From NCBI GenBank assembly GCA_016841745.1, contig JAENYO010000007.1:9408-73407 (forward strand): a stretch of DNA of 64,000 nucleotides. The letters run 5' to 3'. This stretch comes from Acetomicrobium hydrogeniformans (GTDB lineage: Bacteria; Synergistota; Synergistia; Synergistales; JAFGMB01). The notes under the pieces are model-generated. The model made no database searches, was not told the origin of the DNA, and saw nothing but the letters and a program-made list of their open reading frames with translations. Made by a program: the position numbers and the translations under genes. This document shows positions 1 through 9,276 of this stretch, piece by piece; within the stretch, counting starts at the first letter, position 1; each line of letters starts with the position of its first letter.

Positions 1-53
1 TCCTGGGAGCTAACTACATAGCTTCCATGCTTCCCTATTAGGAGGTTCGGTCA

Positions 54-197
54 ATGACCCTTATATATAGAGGTATAGTGCTATTTGTTCTTGCCCTGGT
101 TATCCGGTGCATATTCAGAGAGAAAGATTTCTGGAAGCAGGCTACAGGAGCTCTTGTGGTCATTCCCCTTATCCTGCGGGTCCTGATGCTCAAGTGA
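54..197 (+). CDS. small hydrophobic protein (47 aa), hypothetical
   Basis: ATG at 54 follows GGAGG (41-45) with an 8-nt spacer, and the frame runs 47 codons to TGA 195-197. Translation MTLIYRGIVLFVLALVIRCIFREKDFWKQATGALVVIPLILRVLMLK has two hydrophobic segments. It is below the ORF-track length cut-off. No homology recognised. Confidence 0.3.
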   Translation: MTLIYRGIVLFVLALVIRCIFREKDFWKQATGALVVIPLILRVLMLK

Positions 198-206
198 GGT
201 GTTCTT

Positions 207-1343
207 ATGAATTATCAAATTAAGGGGAGCAGGGTTACGGCGTGTATTCTGCTGGCTCTGTCCTGCCTTGTCTGTTTTGTTGCGGCGAAAAGTTTCACTT
301 CCATGTGGGTGGAAGAGCGGGTCTATCCCGTAGAAGAATTTCAGCAGAAAAAATTGTCAGATTATTTCTCAGGTATAAAGGGAACACCTGCAGACCAGCC
401 GGTATTCATACAGAAAGGTGAGGAGGAAGGCGGTACGGTCCTTCTTCTTTGCGGAACCCATCCCAATGAACCAGCCAGTAACCTGACCGGGGTTCTCTTC
501 CTTGAGAATGCCAAAGTTGAGAGGGGCAGACTGATCGTGATCCCAACTGCCAATATTATGGGTTTCAGTCATAATGGCCCACAGGAAGGCCATCCCCAGG
601 GCTATTTCATTGAACTAGCTGATGGCAGCAAAAGACGGTTCCCTTACGGTAATAGATTATCCAATCCTATTTACCAGTGGCCTAACCCTGATATTTACAT
701 CCACCCCTCTTCCGGACAGAATCTCTCTGGTAAAGAGAAAAGCAATCTGAACAGGTGTTATCCTGGAAGACCAGACGGTTCGATAACTGAGAAAATGGCA
801 TATGCAATAGTGGAACTTATAAGGAAGGAAAAAGTGGATCTTGCTTTTGACCTTCATGAAGCATCACCCGAATACCCCGTAGTTAATGCCATAGTTGCCC
901 ATGAAAGGAGCATGGAACTTGCGGCAATGGTTACCATGGAAATCGAAGCGATGGGTATTCCTATCAGACTTGAACCATCTCCTAAAAACCTTCATGGCCT
1001 TAGCCACAGGGAGTGGGGGGATTTTACAGACACTATGCCGATCCTTATGGAGACAGGTAATCCAAGCCAGGGACGTCTAAGGGGAAGGACCAATGAAGAC
1101 CTGGTGGTTACTGGAAAGGATAAGTGCTATTCCAGGGCCTTTGACCTTGGTAAACTTTATATCCCCTATGACGGTGATCAACCCCTTTCTCTCAGGGTTG
1201 CCAGGCATACTAACGCAGTAATGCTCTTTATGGAAAATCTTGAGTTCATCAATGAGGAAAAGGGTTTGACCGTTGAGGGTATACCCGACTTTGAAGAAAT
1301 CGTGAAAAAGGGAGTAGGGCATTTTCTGGCGGCATCCAATTGA
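207..1343 (+). CDS. exported M14-like zinc hydrolase (succinylglutamate desuccinylase/aspartoacylase-type family)
   Basis: 378-aa ORF with an N-terminal signal or anchor (ACILLALSCLVCFVAA). GTHPNEPAS contains an HxxE zinc-ligand motif. RBS GAGGTG lies upstream. Family call is by eye only. Confidence 0.55.
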   Translation: MNYQIKGSRVTACILLALSCLVCFVAAKSFTSMWVEERVYPVEEFQQKKLSDYFSGIKGTPADQPVFIQKGEEEGGTVLLLCGTHPNEPASNLTGVLFLENAKVERGRLIVIPTANIMGFSHNGPQEGHPQGYFIELADGSKRRFPYGNRLSNPIYQWPNPDIYIHPSSGQNLSGKEKSNLNRCYPGRPDGSITEKMAYAIVELIRKEKVDLAFDLHEASPEYPVVNAIVAHERSMELAAMVTMEIEAMGIPIRLEPSPKNLHGLSHREWGDFTDTMPILMETGNPSQGRLRGRTNEDLVVTGKDKCYSRAFDLGKLYIPYDGDQPLSLRVARHTNAVMLFMENLEFINEEKGLTVEGIPDFEEIVKKGVGHFLAASN

Positions 1344-1450
1344 ACCAAGGGGACAATTGGTCTTTTGCTGGGGAAAATTCGTACAGTATGTCATGTTAAT
1401 AGCTTTGAACAAAATATTATGTAAATAAATATATTACAGGGGGGAAACTA

Positions 1451-3181
1451 ATGAAGAGATTTACTATTGCTATCGTGTGTTTTTTGTTTTTTATGGTAAG
1501 CGTTTCTTGTGTATTTGCCGCCTCAGAAAAAGATGTCTATGCTAAAAATGGTATGGTATCTTCGGCACATAGGATGGCTTCTCAAGCTGGTATTGAAATA
1601 ATGAAAAAGGGTGGAAATGCTGTTGACGCCGCCGTTGCTACATCAATTGCCCTAAGTGTTGTTGAGGGACACTTTACTGGCATTGGTGGAGGTGGTTTTA
1701 TGACAATAAGAGATGCAGAAAGCGAAAAAGTAACTTTTTTAGATTATAGAGAGATGGCTCCCGCAGGTGCTACAAAGGACATGTTTGACTCTGATCGAAA
1801 AGTGTTCTATCCCTCGAAAGTGGATGCAAAGAAATGGAAGAGTGTAGGTGGTAAGACTGCCGGAGTCCCAGGTTGGGTTTCAGGGATGTTCTATGCATTG
1901 GAGAAATACGGCACTATGTCTTTTGCAGAAGTTGCAAAGCCTGCAATCAGAATGGCTATTCTTGGATGGGAAGTAGAGCCTAACCAGGCATATTGGTATG
2001 AGTATATGGGCCTACCTCTTGTTGATCTTTATAAATCTAAGGACATTCCGTTATTTAATGGAGATTTCCCGTACCAGGCAGGTGAATATATGACACGTAT
2101 GGATCTTGCTAAAACGTATCAGCTTTTAGCTGAAAAGGGTCCTGATGTTTTTTACAAAGGGGAAATTGGGGAAGCTTTTGTAAAAGAAGTTCAGCGACTT
2201 GGTGGAGTTATGACAATGGAAGACCTTGAAAATTACAAACTGTACGAAAGGAAACCGACTACTGGATCATACCATGGTTATAAAATTTTTTCTGCTCCTC
2301 CAGCATCTAGCGGTGGCACACACATAGTACAAGTCTTAAATATACTTGAAAACTTTCCAATGAAAAAATGGACCCCCATATCTCCAGAGCGTCAACATGT
2401 CACTGCTGAAGCTGTTCGACTAATGTTTGCAGATCGTCAAAAATATATGGCTGACTCAGATTTTACCAATGTGCCTCTCAAAGGTCTTGTAAATAAAAAT
2501 TATGCAAAGAAAATAGCTCAACAAATTGATATTAAGAAAACAATGGAATCTGTTCAAGCAGGAAATCCTTGGGAATATGAAGAAAAGAAAGTTGCGAAAT
2601 ACTTTGGAGGGCAGTTGGGTTTAGGTTCAAGTACATCACATTTTTCAGTTGCTGATGCAGAAGGAAATATTGTTGCTTGCACGAACACCCACAACTACGC
2701 TGCAGGTTTTGTTCCAGGGTATGGGGTTATCATCAATAATGAAATGGCAGATTTTTCTTCTGATCCTGAAAGTGTTAATGCGCCTGAACCAGGCAAACGT
2801 CCACTTTCAAGCATGTCACCAACTATCATTCTGTCTCCCAATGGGAAACCTTTTATGACAGTAGGGAGTGCTGGAGGTTGGAGAATCCTGACAGCCCTTG
2901 TCCAGATAATCACAAATGTCATAGACTATGATATGAGCATGGCTGAAGCAATTGACCACCCGCGCCTTTTTACCTACACCTATGATGGTAAGCCGGCAGC
3001 TTATATTGTTGAAGATAAAATGCTGGAAAGTACATTAAAAATTCTTGAGGCCCTTGGGGAAAAAGTTGATGTCCGTAAATTTGGGGATTATTTTGGAACA
3101 TCTCAGGGTATTATTTATAAAAATGGCATGATGAACGGTGGGGCTGACTGCCGTCGTCTTGGAGTGCCAGTAGGATACTGA
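1451..3181 (+). CDS. ggt: gamma-glutamyltranspeptidase (GGT/CapD family), secreted
   Basis: 576 aa with a signal peptide. GGT motifs include GGNAVDAAVAT, GIGGGGF, the autoprocessing region SSTSHFSVAD, and PGKRPLSSMSPT. Confidence 0.9.
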   Translation: MKRFTIAIVCFLFFMVSVSCVFAASEKDVYAKNGMVSSAHRMASQAGIEIMKKGGNAVDAAVATSIALSVVEGHFTGIGGGGFMTIRDAESEKVTFLDYREMAPAGATKDMFDSDRKVFYPSKVDAKKWKSVGGKTAGVPGWVSGMFYALEKYGTMSFAEVAKPAIRMAILGWEVEPNQAYWYEYMGLPLVDLYKSKDIPLFNGDFPYQAGEYMTRMDLAKTYQLLAEKGPDVFYKGEIGEAFVKEVQRLGGVMTMEDLENYKLYERKPTTGSYHGYKIFSAPPASSGGTHIVQVLNILENFPMKKWTPISPERQHVTAEAVRLMFADRQKYMADSDFTNVPLKGLVNKNYAKKIAQQIDIKKTMESVQAGNPWEYEEKKVAKYFGGQLGLGSSTSHFSVADAEGNIVACTNTHNYAAGFVPGYGVIINNEMADFSSDPESVNAPEPGKRPLSSMSPTIILSPNGKPFMTVGSAGGWRILTALVQIITNVIDYDMSMAEAIDHPRLFTYTYDGKPAAYIVEDKMLESTLKILEALGEKVDVRKFGDYFGTSQGIIYKNGMMNGGADCRRLGVPVGY

Positions 3182-3200
3182 TATTTTCCCTTTATTTTGA

Positions 3201-3252
3201 GAGAAAAATCTATACAGGACGGTTGTTTTACCGTCCTGTATAGATTTTTCTC
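3201..3252 (+). terminator. rho-independent terminator / perfect 22-bp hairpin
   Basis: gagaaaaatctatacaggacgg (3201-3222) is the exact reverse complement of ccgtcctgtatagatttttctc (3231-3252), with an 8-nt loop. It lies directly after the ggt stop. Confidence 0.7.
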
Positions 3253-3268
3253 GAGTTCGTCGTAATCA

Positions 3269-3560
3269 ATGGATATAGAAGCTATTGGAATCCCTACCAG
3301 GCTTGAGCTTTCCCCGAAAAACATTCATGGACTGAGTCACAGGGAATGGGGGGATTTTACCTATACCATGCCAATTCTTATGGAAAAGGGAAACCAAAAC
3401 CAGGAAAGTCTGAAGGAAAAGACGAAAGGCGAACTGATAAGAGCGATATGTATGTAAATTTGGCCAGAGGTATTTGTGCGTCGCTGAAATCTTTTCCAGG
3501 TAAATTCCAGAGCACTTATTCCCGGGCAAGATTGAAGAGGATATTCAAGTAAAAGTTCAA
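3269..3560 (+). pseudogene. decayed 3' remnant of an M14-like hydrolase gene (paralog of 207..1343)
   Basis: Translation MDIEAIGIPTRLELSPKNIHGLSHREWGDFTYTMPILMEKGN aligns to MEIEAMGIPIRLEPSPKNLHGLSHREWGDFTDTMPILMETGN of ORF 207..1343. Further C-terminal similarity (GKIEEDIQVK vs GIPDFEEIVKKG) appears only after a frame shift and a stop. The N-terminal ~240 codons are absent. Confidence 0.7.
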
Positions 3561-3586
3561 AATACTATGTTAAGGGAGGTAGGGTA

Positions 3587-5278
3587 ATGAAAAGATTTTC
3601 AGTTTTTCTTATGGTGTTAGTTCTGGTTCTGTCTCTTGGAACAGCGTGTGTGGCCAAGGATCATTCCCCTGTTGATGTAACAGCAAAGCAGGGCATGGTG
3701 GCAGCAGCCAACAGGCTTGCTTCAGAAGCTGGTATAGAGATACTCAAGCAGGGCGGGAACGCTGTTGATGCTGCAGTGGCAACAGCATTTGCGCTTAATG
3801 TGGTTGAGTCTAATGCTTCTGGTATCGGCGGTGGTGGTTTTATGCTTGTAAAGATGGCTGGTTCTGACAAGGTCATAGCTATTGACTACAGGGAAATGGC
3901 TCCAGCTGCAGCTACCAAAGATATGTATGCATCTGCAGAAGCAAAAGAAAAGAATCTCAGCAAATACAGTCCTTTTGCAGTGGGTGTTCCCGGAACTGTC
4001 GCGGGTCTGACATTTGCCCTTGAGCAGTACGGGACAATGACCCTGGCAGAGGTTATGGCTCCAGCTATCCGCTATGCTGAAGAGGGATTCCCTCTTGCTG
4101 AAGTTACAAGCGAGGCGGCCGAAAGTCATTTTGACACTCTCTCAGAACTTAATGATCTTTCCAAAGTAGTATTTTTCAAAGAAGGGCTTCCTGCGGAACC
4201 TGGTACTCTCATCAAACAGCCTGGCCTTGTAAAAGCTTTCAAACTTCTTGCCAGGGATGGAGCAAAGGCTTTTTATGAAGGACCCATAGGCGAGTCCATG
4301 GTAAATCGCATCCAGGAACTTGGCGGCAAAATGACCATGGAAGATCTCAAGAACTACACGGTTGCTCTCCGCGAGCCAGCAGAGGGAACATACAGGGATT
4401 ACCAGATCTATTCCATGTCTCCTCCTTCTTCCGGCGGAGTAACCCTCGTTGAGATCCTGAACATCCTCGAAAATTTCCCCCTTTCTAAATGGGGGCATAA
4501 TACTCCAAGAACAATGCACTATATGACCGAAGCCTTCAAGATGGCATTTGCTGACAGAAGTGCATTCCTGGGAGATCCTGACTTCCTTGATATCCCTCTT
4601 GAAGGTATGACTTCAAAAGAATATGCTAAGACCTTGGCAGCGAAGATAGATTCCTATAAAGCGATGCAGGAAATACCCACTGGAGACCCATCCATGTACG
4701 AGCATCATTCAACAACCCATACCTCTGTGGCAGATGTCCAGGGTAATCTTGTGGCTTTTACCCAGACAGTAAATTACTTCTTCGGTGCCAGTATTATTGA
4801 TCCTGAGTATGGATTTGTGTACAATAATGAAATGGACGATTTTTCAAAGAATCCAGCAAGTGTTAATGCTCCTGAACCTGGCAAACGTCCACTTTCTTCA
4901 ATGTCTCCCTCTATAGTTCTTGATCCGGAAGGGGTTCCCTTCCTTATCGCCGGAACTCCTGGAGCATGGAGAATCATCACTTCCATGGCCGAGATCATAA
5001 CGAATCTTGTTGACTTCGGAATGTCAATTGATGAAGCTATTGAGGCTCCCAGGTTTACCTGCCGGGCCATAGGAGGAAAACCCGATAATCTGCAGGTTGA
5101 ATCCAGGATTCCAGAGTCAACCCTGAGCTATCTTGCCTTCCGTGGGCATGACATAAAGGTCCGTAACGATTATGACCTGTATTTCGGAGGAGCTCAGGGT
5201 ATACTGTTTGACCCCCTGAACGATCTTCTTATGGGTGGAGCAGACTCCAGAAGAGATGGAGCTGCAGTAGGTTACTGA
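3587..5278 (+). CDS. ggt: gamma-glutamyltranspeptidase (GGT/CapD family), secreted, second paralog
   Basis: 563 aa with a signal peptide. Same GGT motifs, including the nucleophile region HSTTHTSVAD and PGKRPLSSMSPS. RBS GGGAGG. Confidence 0.9.
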   Translation: MKRFSVFLMVLVLVLSLGTACVAKDHSPVDVTAKQGMVAAANRLASEAGIEILKQGGNAVDAAVATAFALNVVESNASGIGGGGFMLVKMAGSDKVIAIDYREMAPAAATKDMYASAEAKEKNLSKYSPFAVGVPGTVAGLTFALEQYGTMTLAEVMAPAIRYAEEGFPLAEVTSEAAESHFDTLSELNDLSKVVFFKEGLPAEPGTLIKQPGLVKAFKLLARDGAKAFYEGPIGESMVNRIQELGGKMTMEDLKNYTVALREPAEGTYRDYQIYSMSPPSSGGVTLVEILNILENFPLSKWGHNTPRTMHYMTEAFKMAFADRSAFLGDPDFLDIPLEGMTSKEYAKTLAAKIDSYKAMQEIPTGDPSMYEHHSTTHTSVADVQGNLVAFTQTVNYFFGASIIDPEYGFVYNNEMDDFSKNPASVNAPEPGKRPLSSMSPSIVLDPEGVPFLIAGTPGAWRIITSMAEIITNLVDFGMSIDEAIEAPRFTCRAIGGKPDNLQVESRIPESTLSYLAFRGHDIKVRNDYDLYFGGAQGILFDPLNDLLMGGADSRRDGAAVGY

Positions 5279-5306
5279 TACTTAATTCAGTATTTCCCAA
5301 ATTGAC

Positions 5307-5341
5307 AAAAGGGACGGCCTGGAAAAGGCCGTCCCTTTTTA
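5307..5341 (+). terminator. rho-independent terminator
   Basis: aaaagggacggcc / ggccgtcccttttt hairpin followed by a T run. Confidence 0.7.
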
Positions 5342-5376
5342 AATTATGATAAGAAAAAGGTGTTAAAATCGTTTTC

Positions 5377-6369
5377 ATGAAAGTGAAGAAAGATTACCCT
5401 ATCAAAATAATGGTTACCGGTAGCAGAGGCAAAAGTTCTCTGGTAAGGCTTGTCCATTCAGCTCTTTTGGCAAATGGAATAAAGGCCTATGGAAGAATAA
5501 CCGGTGTTCTTCCCAGGGAACTGACGCCTGATGGACAAGTCCAGATCCTTCGTAGCAGCGGAGGTCATGTGGAGGAGATGAAATGGTGGTTTTCTTCTAT
5601 TCCCGAAGATGTTCAAGCCGTTGTGATGGAAAACAGTGCTGTTTCACCTGATCTCCAGTCCTTTGCCTCAAAATGGTTTTCTCCAGGGGTAACTCTTCTG
5701 TCAAATATCCATCCTGATCACCAGGAAGCATGGGGACCATACGAAATAGATGCTGCCCTTGCCCTTTCAGGGGGTATTGGGCCTGGGGCGAAGGTGATAT
5801 TGGGGCCTGGCCTTGAAAATAAAAAATTCCTGCTGGAGATCCTGGCCTTAAAGAACTGTAAAATAATGATATCCAGGTCGGGGAAAAATGGCCTGGACTT
5901 CAGGGAGAGGAACATCCTTACCGCATCCAGATTATGTGAGTTCCTTCACCTTGATATGGATCTAGCTGAAAGAGCTATGAGGAATACCCCTCCGGACATA
6001 GCAGATTTCAGAGTAATAAGTAGGATAAGCGGTGAACTTGCCTTTGCCTTCTCTGCCAATGATATTGAAAGTACCGGGGAATTATTCAGGCTCCTGGAGT
6101 GGCCATATGAAGAAACGATGGTTCTTTATAACCATAGGAGAGATAGATCCAGCAGGTTGAAGAGTTTTAAGAAGTGGATTCTGGACAATCCCTGGGGATC
6201 AATATGTATGACAGGGGATTATCCTTTTTTCCCATGGACTCTGAAATATTACAGGCGTTCTAAAAACTTGTCTGATCTTTTAACGGTCTCCAGCCTGGGG
6301 ATGCGGGTCTTTGGTTGCGGAAATGTGGCCGGTCTGCCCCTGGAGTTTGTTCTTGGAATGGAGGAATGA
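5377..6369 (+). CDS. pgsB: poly-gamma-glutamate synthase, Mur-ligase-like subunit (PgsB/CapB-like)
   Basis: P-loop GSRGKSS near the N-terminus. The pattern MENSAVSPDLQ ... SNIHPDH parallels Bacillus PgsB ECMAVNPDYQ ... NVLEDH, recalled from memory. It is directly followed by pgsC. Confidence 0.75.
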   Translation: MKVKKDYPIKIMVTGSRGKSSLVRLVHSALLANGIKAYGRITGVLPRELTPDGQVQILRSSGGHVEEMKWWFSSIPEDVQAVVMENSAVSPDLQSFASKWFSPGVTLLSNIHPDHQEAWGPYEIDAALALSGGIGPGAKVILGPGLENKKFLLEILALKNCKIMISRSGKNGLDFRERNILTASRLCEFLHLDMDLAERAMRNTPPDIADFRVISRISGELAFAFSANDIESTGELFRLLEWPYEETMVLYNHRRDRSSRLKSFKKWILDNPWGSICMTGDYPFFPWTLKYYRRSKNLSDLLTVSSLGMRVFGCGNVAGLPLEFVLGMEE

Positions 6370-6374
6370 CAGGA

Positions 6375-6812
6375 ATGTCCTATATGGAACTGTTCGTCCT
6401 GGGGGCAGGGATTTTCTGGGGTATGCTTTATTATCAGAAGACAGGGTGGTCCTGTGGAGGGATAATCACGCCAGGCTTAATAGCTGTAAACATTGCCTAT
6501 CCTGGAGCGATCATTTTTTCACTTCTTTCGGCTGTACTTATATCCATAGTGCTTGAAATAATCGTAAGGCTTTATTCTCTTTACGGGAGGCAGCGGATAG
6601 CACTCGCTATGCTTCTTGCTCTTCTGTTCAGGGGAGGAACTCTCAGGTTGTTTCCCTTCACTTCCCTTTGGATAGGGTGGGTCATTCCTGCTCTTATTGC
6701 TTCCGATATTCAAAAACAGGGACTGTTTAAAACACTTTCCGGAACCCTTTCCATCAGCATGGTTTCCCTCATGTCTGTAGAGTTGCTTCGTGATTTCATC
6801 ATGGTATTCTGA
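6375..6812 (+). CDS. pgsC: poly-gamma-glutamate synthase membrane subunit (PgsC/CapC-like)
   Basis: About 145-aa polytopic membrane protein. YGRQRIA and WVIPALIASDIQKQGL match Bacillus PgsC YGRRKFA and IIVPGLIANTIQKQGL. I chose the start at 6375, 9 nt after GGAGGA; the ORF track extends it to 6315. Confidence 0.85.
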   Translation: MSYMELFVLGAGIFWGMLYYQKTGWSCGGIITPGLIAVNIAYPGAIIFSLLSAVLISIVLEIIVRLYSLYGRQRIALAMLLALLFRGGTLRLFPFTSLWIGWVIPALIASDIQKQGLFKTLSGTLSISMVSLMSVELLRDFIMVF

Positions 6813-7899
6813 GCCTGGAATGGTTTGCAAAATGAAGAATACGAAATTACCATACCTTTATAAAAACAATCTGTTTATTCAAACTAATTCCTGGCTGCTG
6901 TACATTCTTACCCTTATCCTTCTTGTATTATGGTTTATTCCAGGGCGAACCATTCTGACTCCTGATGAAGACCGTTTATGGGAGAGGGTAAGAAGAGCCG
7001 AGGATTTTATTTATGAGTGGAGGGTTTCCAACCTTATGGAAACTGCCTCGGAATATGATCCATGGAAAACGGGACTCATAGGTCTTGAATGGAGTCCAAT
7101 CACTACCACACTAGGCAGTCTTCCCTCGAAAAGGACTGCAGGTGATCCCCGATGGTCTATTGTTGCCGGCAGGTGGTTTGAGAAGTTGGGACTTTCAGAA
7201 GGAGACAAAGTTGCCATATATTCTTCCGGTTCCTTTCCGGGCATGCTCCTTAATGTTCTCTGTGCCGCGGAGCAAAGGAATCTGGAAGTATTCCTTGCAG
7301 TTTCCCTTGGATCGTCCACGTGGGGAGCTAACAGACCGGACCTGTCCTGGCCTGAGATGGAGAGCCTTCTGAGAAAGGGTGGCTTTATCAGTACTGTTTC
7401 ATTTTTCTATACCCTCGGAGGCGGGGGTGAGAATGGTAATGGAATTCCGCCTGAAGGCCTGGATATCCTCGAAAGAGCAGCCGAAAAAGCTCAGGTCAGA
7501 ATAGTGAAGACAAATGATCTGGATGAAATGATCAGATTGAAACTTGACCTGCTGACAGCAAATAAGATAACAGTTCTGGTAAATATAGGAGGCTCTGCCT
7601 CTGCATTAGGGACAGACGAAAACATTTTAAAATTACCTGGAGGGCTTATACGCCCGTCAGAAAAGTCTAATGCAGGGAATGGAGTTATTGCGGGGGCATT
7701 ATCCCATAATATTCCTGTTATTCATTTCCTGAGCCTTAAAGATCTTGGGGAAAGAGTTGGTATTCCATTTGATTTGGAGCCGAGAAAGATGATTAACAAG
7801 AGGGAGAGCCCTTTCTTCTCGTTAACAGGTATTATCGTTTTTCTGCTGGCTATATTGAAATATAAACGATGGGGAAAGGACGATAATCTGTATGGTTGA
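6790..7899 (+). CDS. membrane-anchored poly-gamma-glutamate system protein (third component of non-Bacillus PGA loci)
   Basis: ORF immediately follows pgsC, with an N-terminal and a C-terminal TM segment and a large extracytoplasmic domain. The start is uncertain (ATG 6820 or 6832 also possible). Family call comes from gene context plus architecture. Confidence 0.55.
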   Translation: MISSWYSEPGMVCKMKNTKLPYLYKNNLFIQTNSWLLYILTLILLVLWFIPGRTILTPDEDRLWERVRRAEDFIYEWRVSNLMETASEYDPWKTGLIGLEWSPITTTLGSLPSKRTAGDPRWSIVAGRWFEKLGLSEGDKVAIYSSGSFPGMLLNVLCAAEQRNLEVFLAVSLGSSTWGANRPDLSWPEMESLLRKGGFISTVSFFYTLGGGGENGNGIPPEGLDILERAAEKAQVRIVKTNDLDEMIRLKLDLLTANKITVLVNIGGSASALGTDENILKLPGGLIRPSEKSNAGNGVIAGALSHNIPVIHFLSLKDLGERVGIPFDLEPRKMINKRESPFFSLTGIIVFLLAILKYKRWGKDDNLYG

Positions 7900-9244
7900 A
7901 CCTCAAGAGACGCAACAGGCTAATATGCCGGCACAATATGTTTTTTCCGGGATATGTTTTCTTATCTTATGGGTTCTATTTCAGAATGTTCCAACAACAA
8001 AAGTATTCTATTTTATGAATAGAGCAAGCGAATATGGGGATAGCGGTTACCTGCTTGCTGCCGCAGTTGTCCTTGTCATGGTAAATGCAACCAGGGCGAT
8101 TTCTCTTTATCTCGGCTGGTTTCTTATTGGCGAAGGTACGTCGGAGTACTTTCAAGAGAGATCTTTCTATTCATGGCTGATCCCTCTGATAGCAATTCCC
8201 ATGTCATATTTTCTCTTATCATACATAGGAGGCGGAATAGGACCTCATTTCGGAATTCCGGCTTTCCTGAGTGTTACAAGCGTATTGATCCTTCACTACA
8301 TGACAAGGGAGGTATCAGGCTGGTTCAACAAAGCTGTCGCACTTGCCCTTTTTATTTTTTCTTTTCAATGGTTCGATATAATGCCTTTTCTGACCCTCTA
8401 CGGCGCAGGCTGGGGAGAACTGTCCCTTTCTCTTAAAGGGTTGGCCATACTTATGGAGAGGGAAATGGTATTGAACATCTCAGGTTTTACCCTTTTCTGC
8501 AGCCTGTTTCTGGGAGGGGTTATAACATCAGAACTTCTGGTAGCATATAGTTTCCAGTTAAAACAGATGGTTCTTCTCCGGGAAAATGAAAAGAACCTTG
8601 CCCTTCTGCGGGAAGAGAATATTCGAAGCAGGGGTGCGGTCGAACTCCAGCAGCTTGTGCATGACCTGAAAAGGCCGCTTACTACTATAACCGGCCTGAC
8701 GGATGTGCTCCTTTCTTTGAACGAGCCGAAACATATGGTCAAGCATACCTCTGTGATCGCAAAAGCAGCAGGGAATATGAACGATATGGTTTCGGAAATT
8801 CTTCATGCCCATGCAAGAAGAAAGATCTCAATTTCAGAACTTGTAAATTATACCCTGAATCAGATCAGTCCTTTTGACTGGAAGGAAAATGTAATGATAT
8901 CAGCAGATCAGGAAGTTCTTAAAACTGAAATATCTATTAACCTGGTTCGACTGTCCCGGGCACTTGTAAATCTGCTTGATAATGCCAACAGGGCAGTCAG
9001 CACAATGAAAGATCCAAAGATAGAGATGGATATTTGTGTTGAGAGCAGGTACATCTCCATAATTGTCGCCGATAATGGTTCCGGTTTTGGATCTGAAGGA
9101 TATTCCGAAAAGGGTTCCGGCTGGAATTCAACGGGGATCGGCCTGGGATTTGTAAAGACGGTCATGGAAGATCACAATGGGGAAATGTCAATATCAGATA
9201 CAGTTGATGGAGGCGCTCGGGTTATAATGAGTTTTCCCAGGTAA
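7892..9244 (+). CDS. sensor histidine kinase with polytopic membrane sensor domain
   Basis: About 6 TM segments, H-box HDLKRPLTTI, and ATPase motifs LLDNANRA, DNGSGF and GIGLGF. The start overlaps the stop of the preceding gene by 8 nt (ATGGTTGA). Confidence 0.85.
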   Translation: MVEPQETQQANMPAQYVFSGICFLILWVLFQNVPTTKVFYFMNRASEYGDSGYLLAAAVVLVMVNATRAISLYLGWFLIGEGTSEYFQERSFYSWLIPLIAIPMSYFLLSYIGGGIGPHFGIPAFLSVTSVLILHYMTREVSGWFNKAVALALFIFSFQWFDIMPFLTLYGAGWGELSLSLKGLAILMEREMVLNISGFTLFCSLFLGGVITSELLVAYSFQLKQMVLLRENEKNLALLREENIRSRGAVELQQLVHDLKRPLTTITGLTDVLLSLNEPKHMVKHTSVIAKAAGNMNDMVSEILHAHARRKISISELVNYTLNQISPFDWKENVMISADQEVLKTEISINLVRLSRALVNLLDNANRAVSTMKDPKIEMDICVESRYISIIVADNGSGFGSEGYSEKGSGWNSTGIGLGFVKTVMEDHNGEMSISDTVDGGARVIMSFPR

Positions 9245-9276
9245 AATAGATCATAATCCCAATTTCGGAGGATAAT

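Noticed and set aside
3269-3457. 62-aa ORF between the two ggt genes as a real small gene
   Set aside because: It is the best-preserved piece of a decayed paralog of ORF 207..1343. It has no RBS and starts mid-domain, and the homologous continuation is out of frame.
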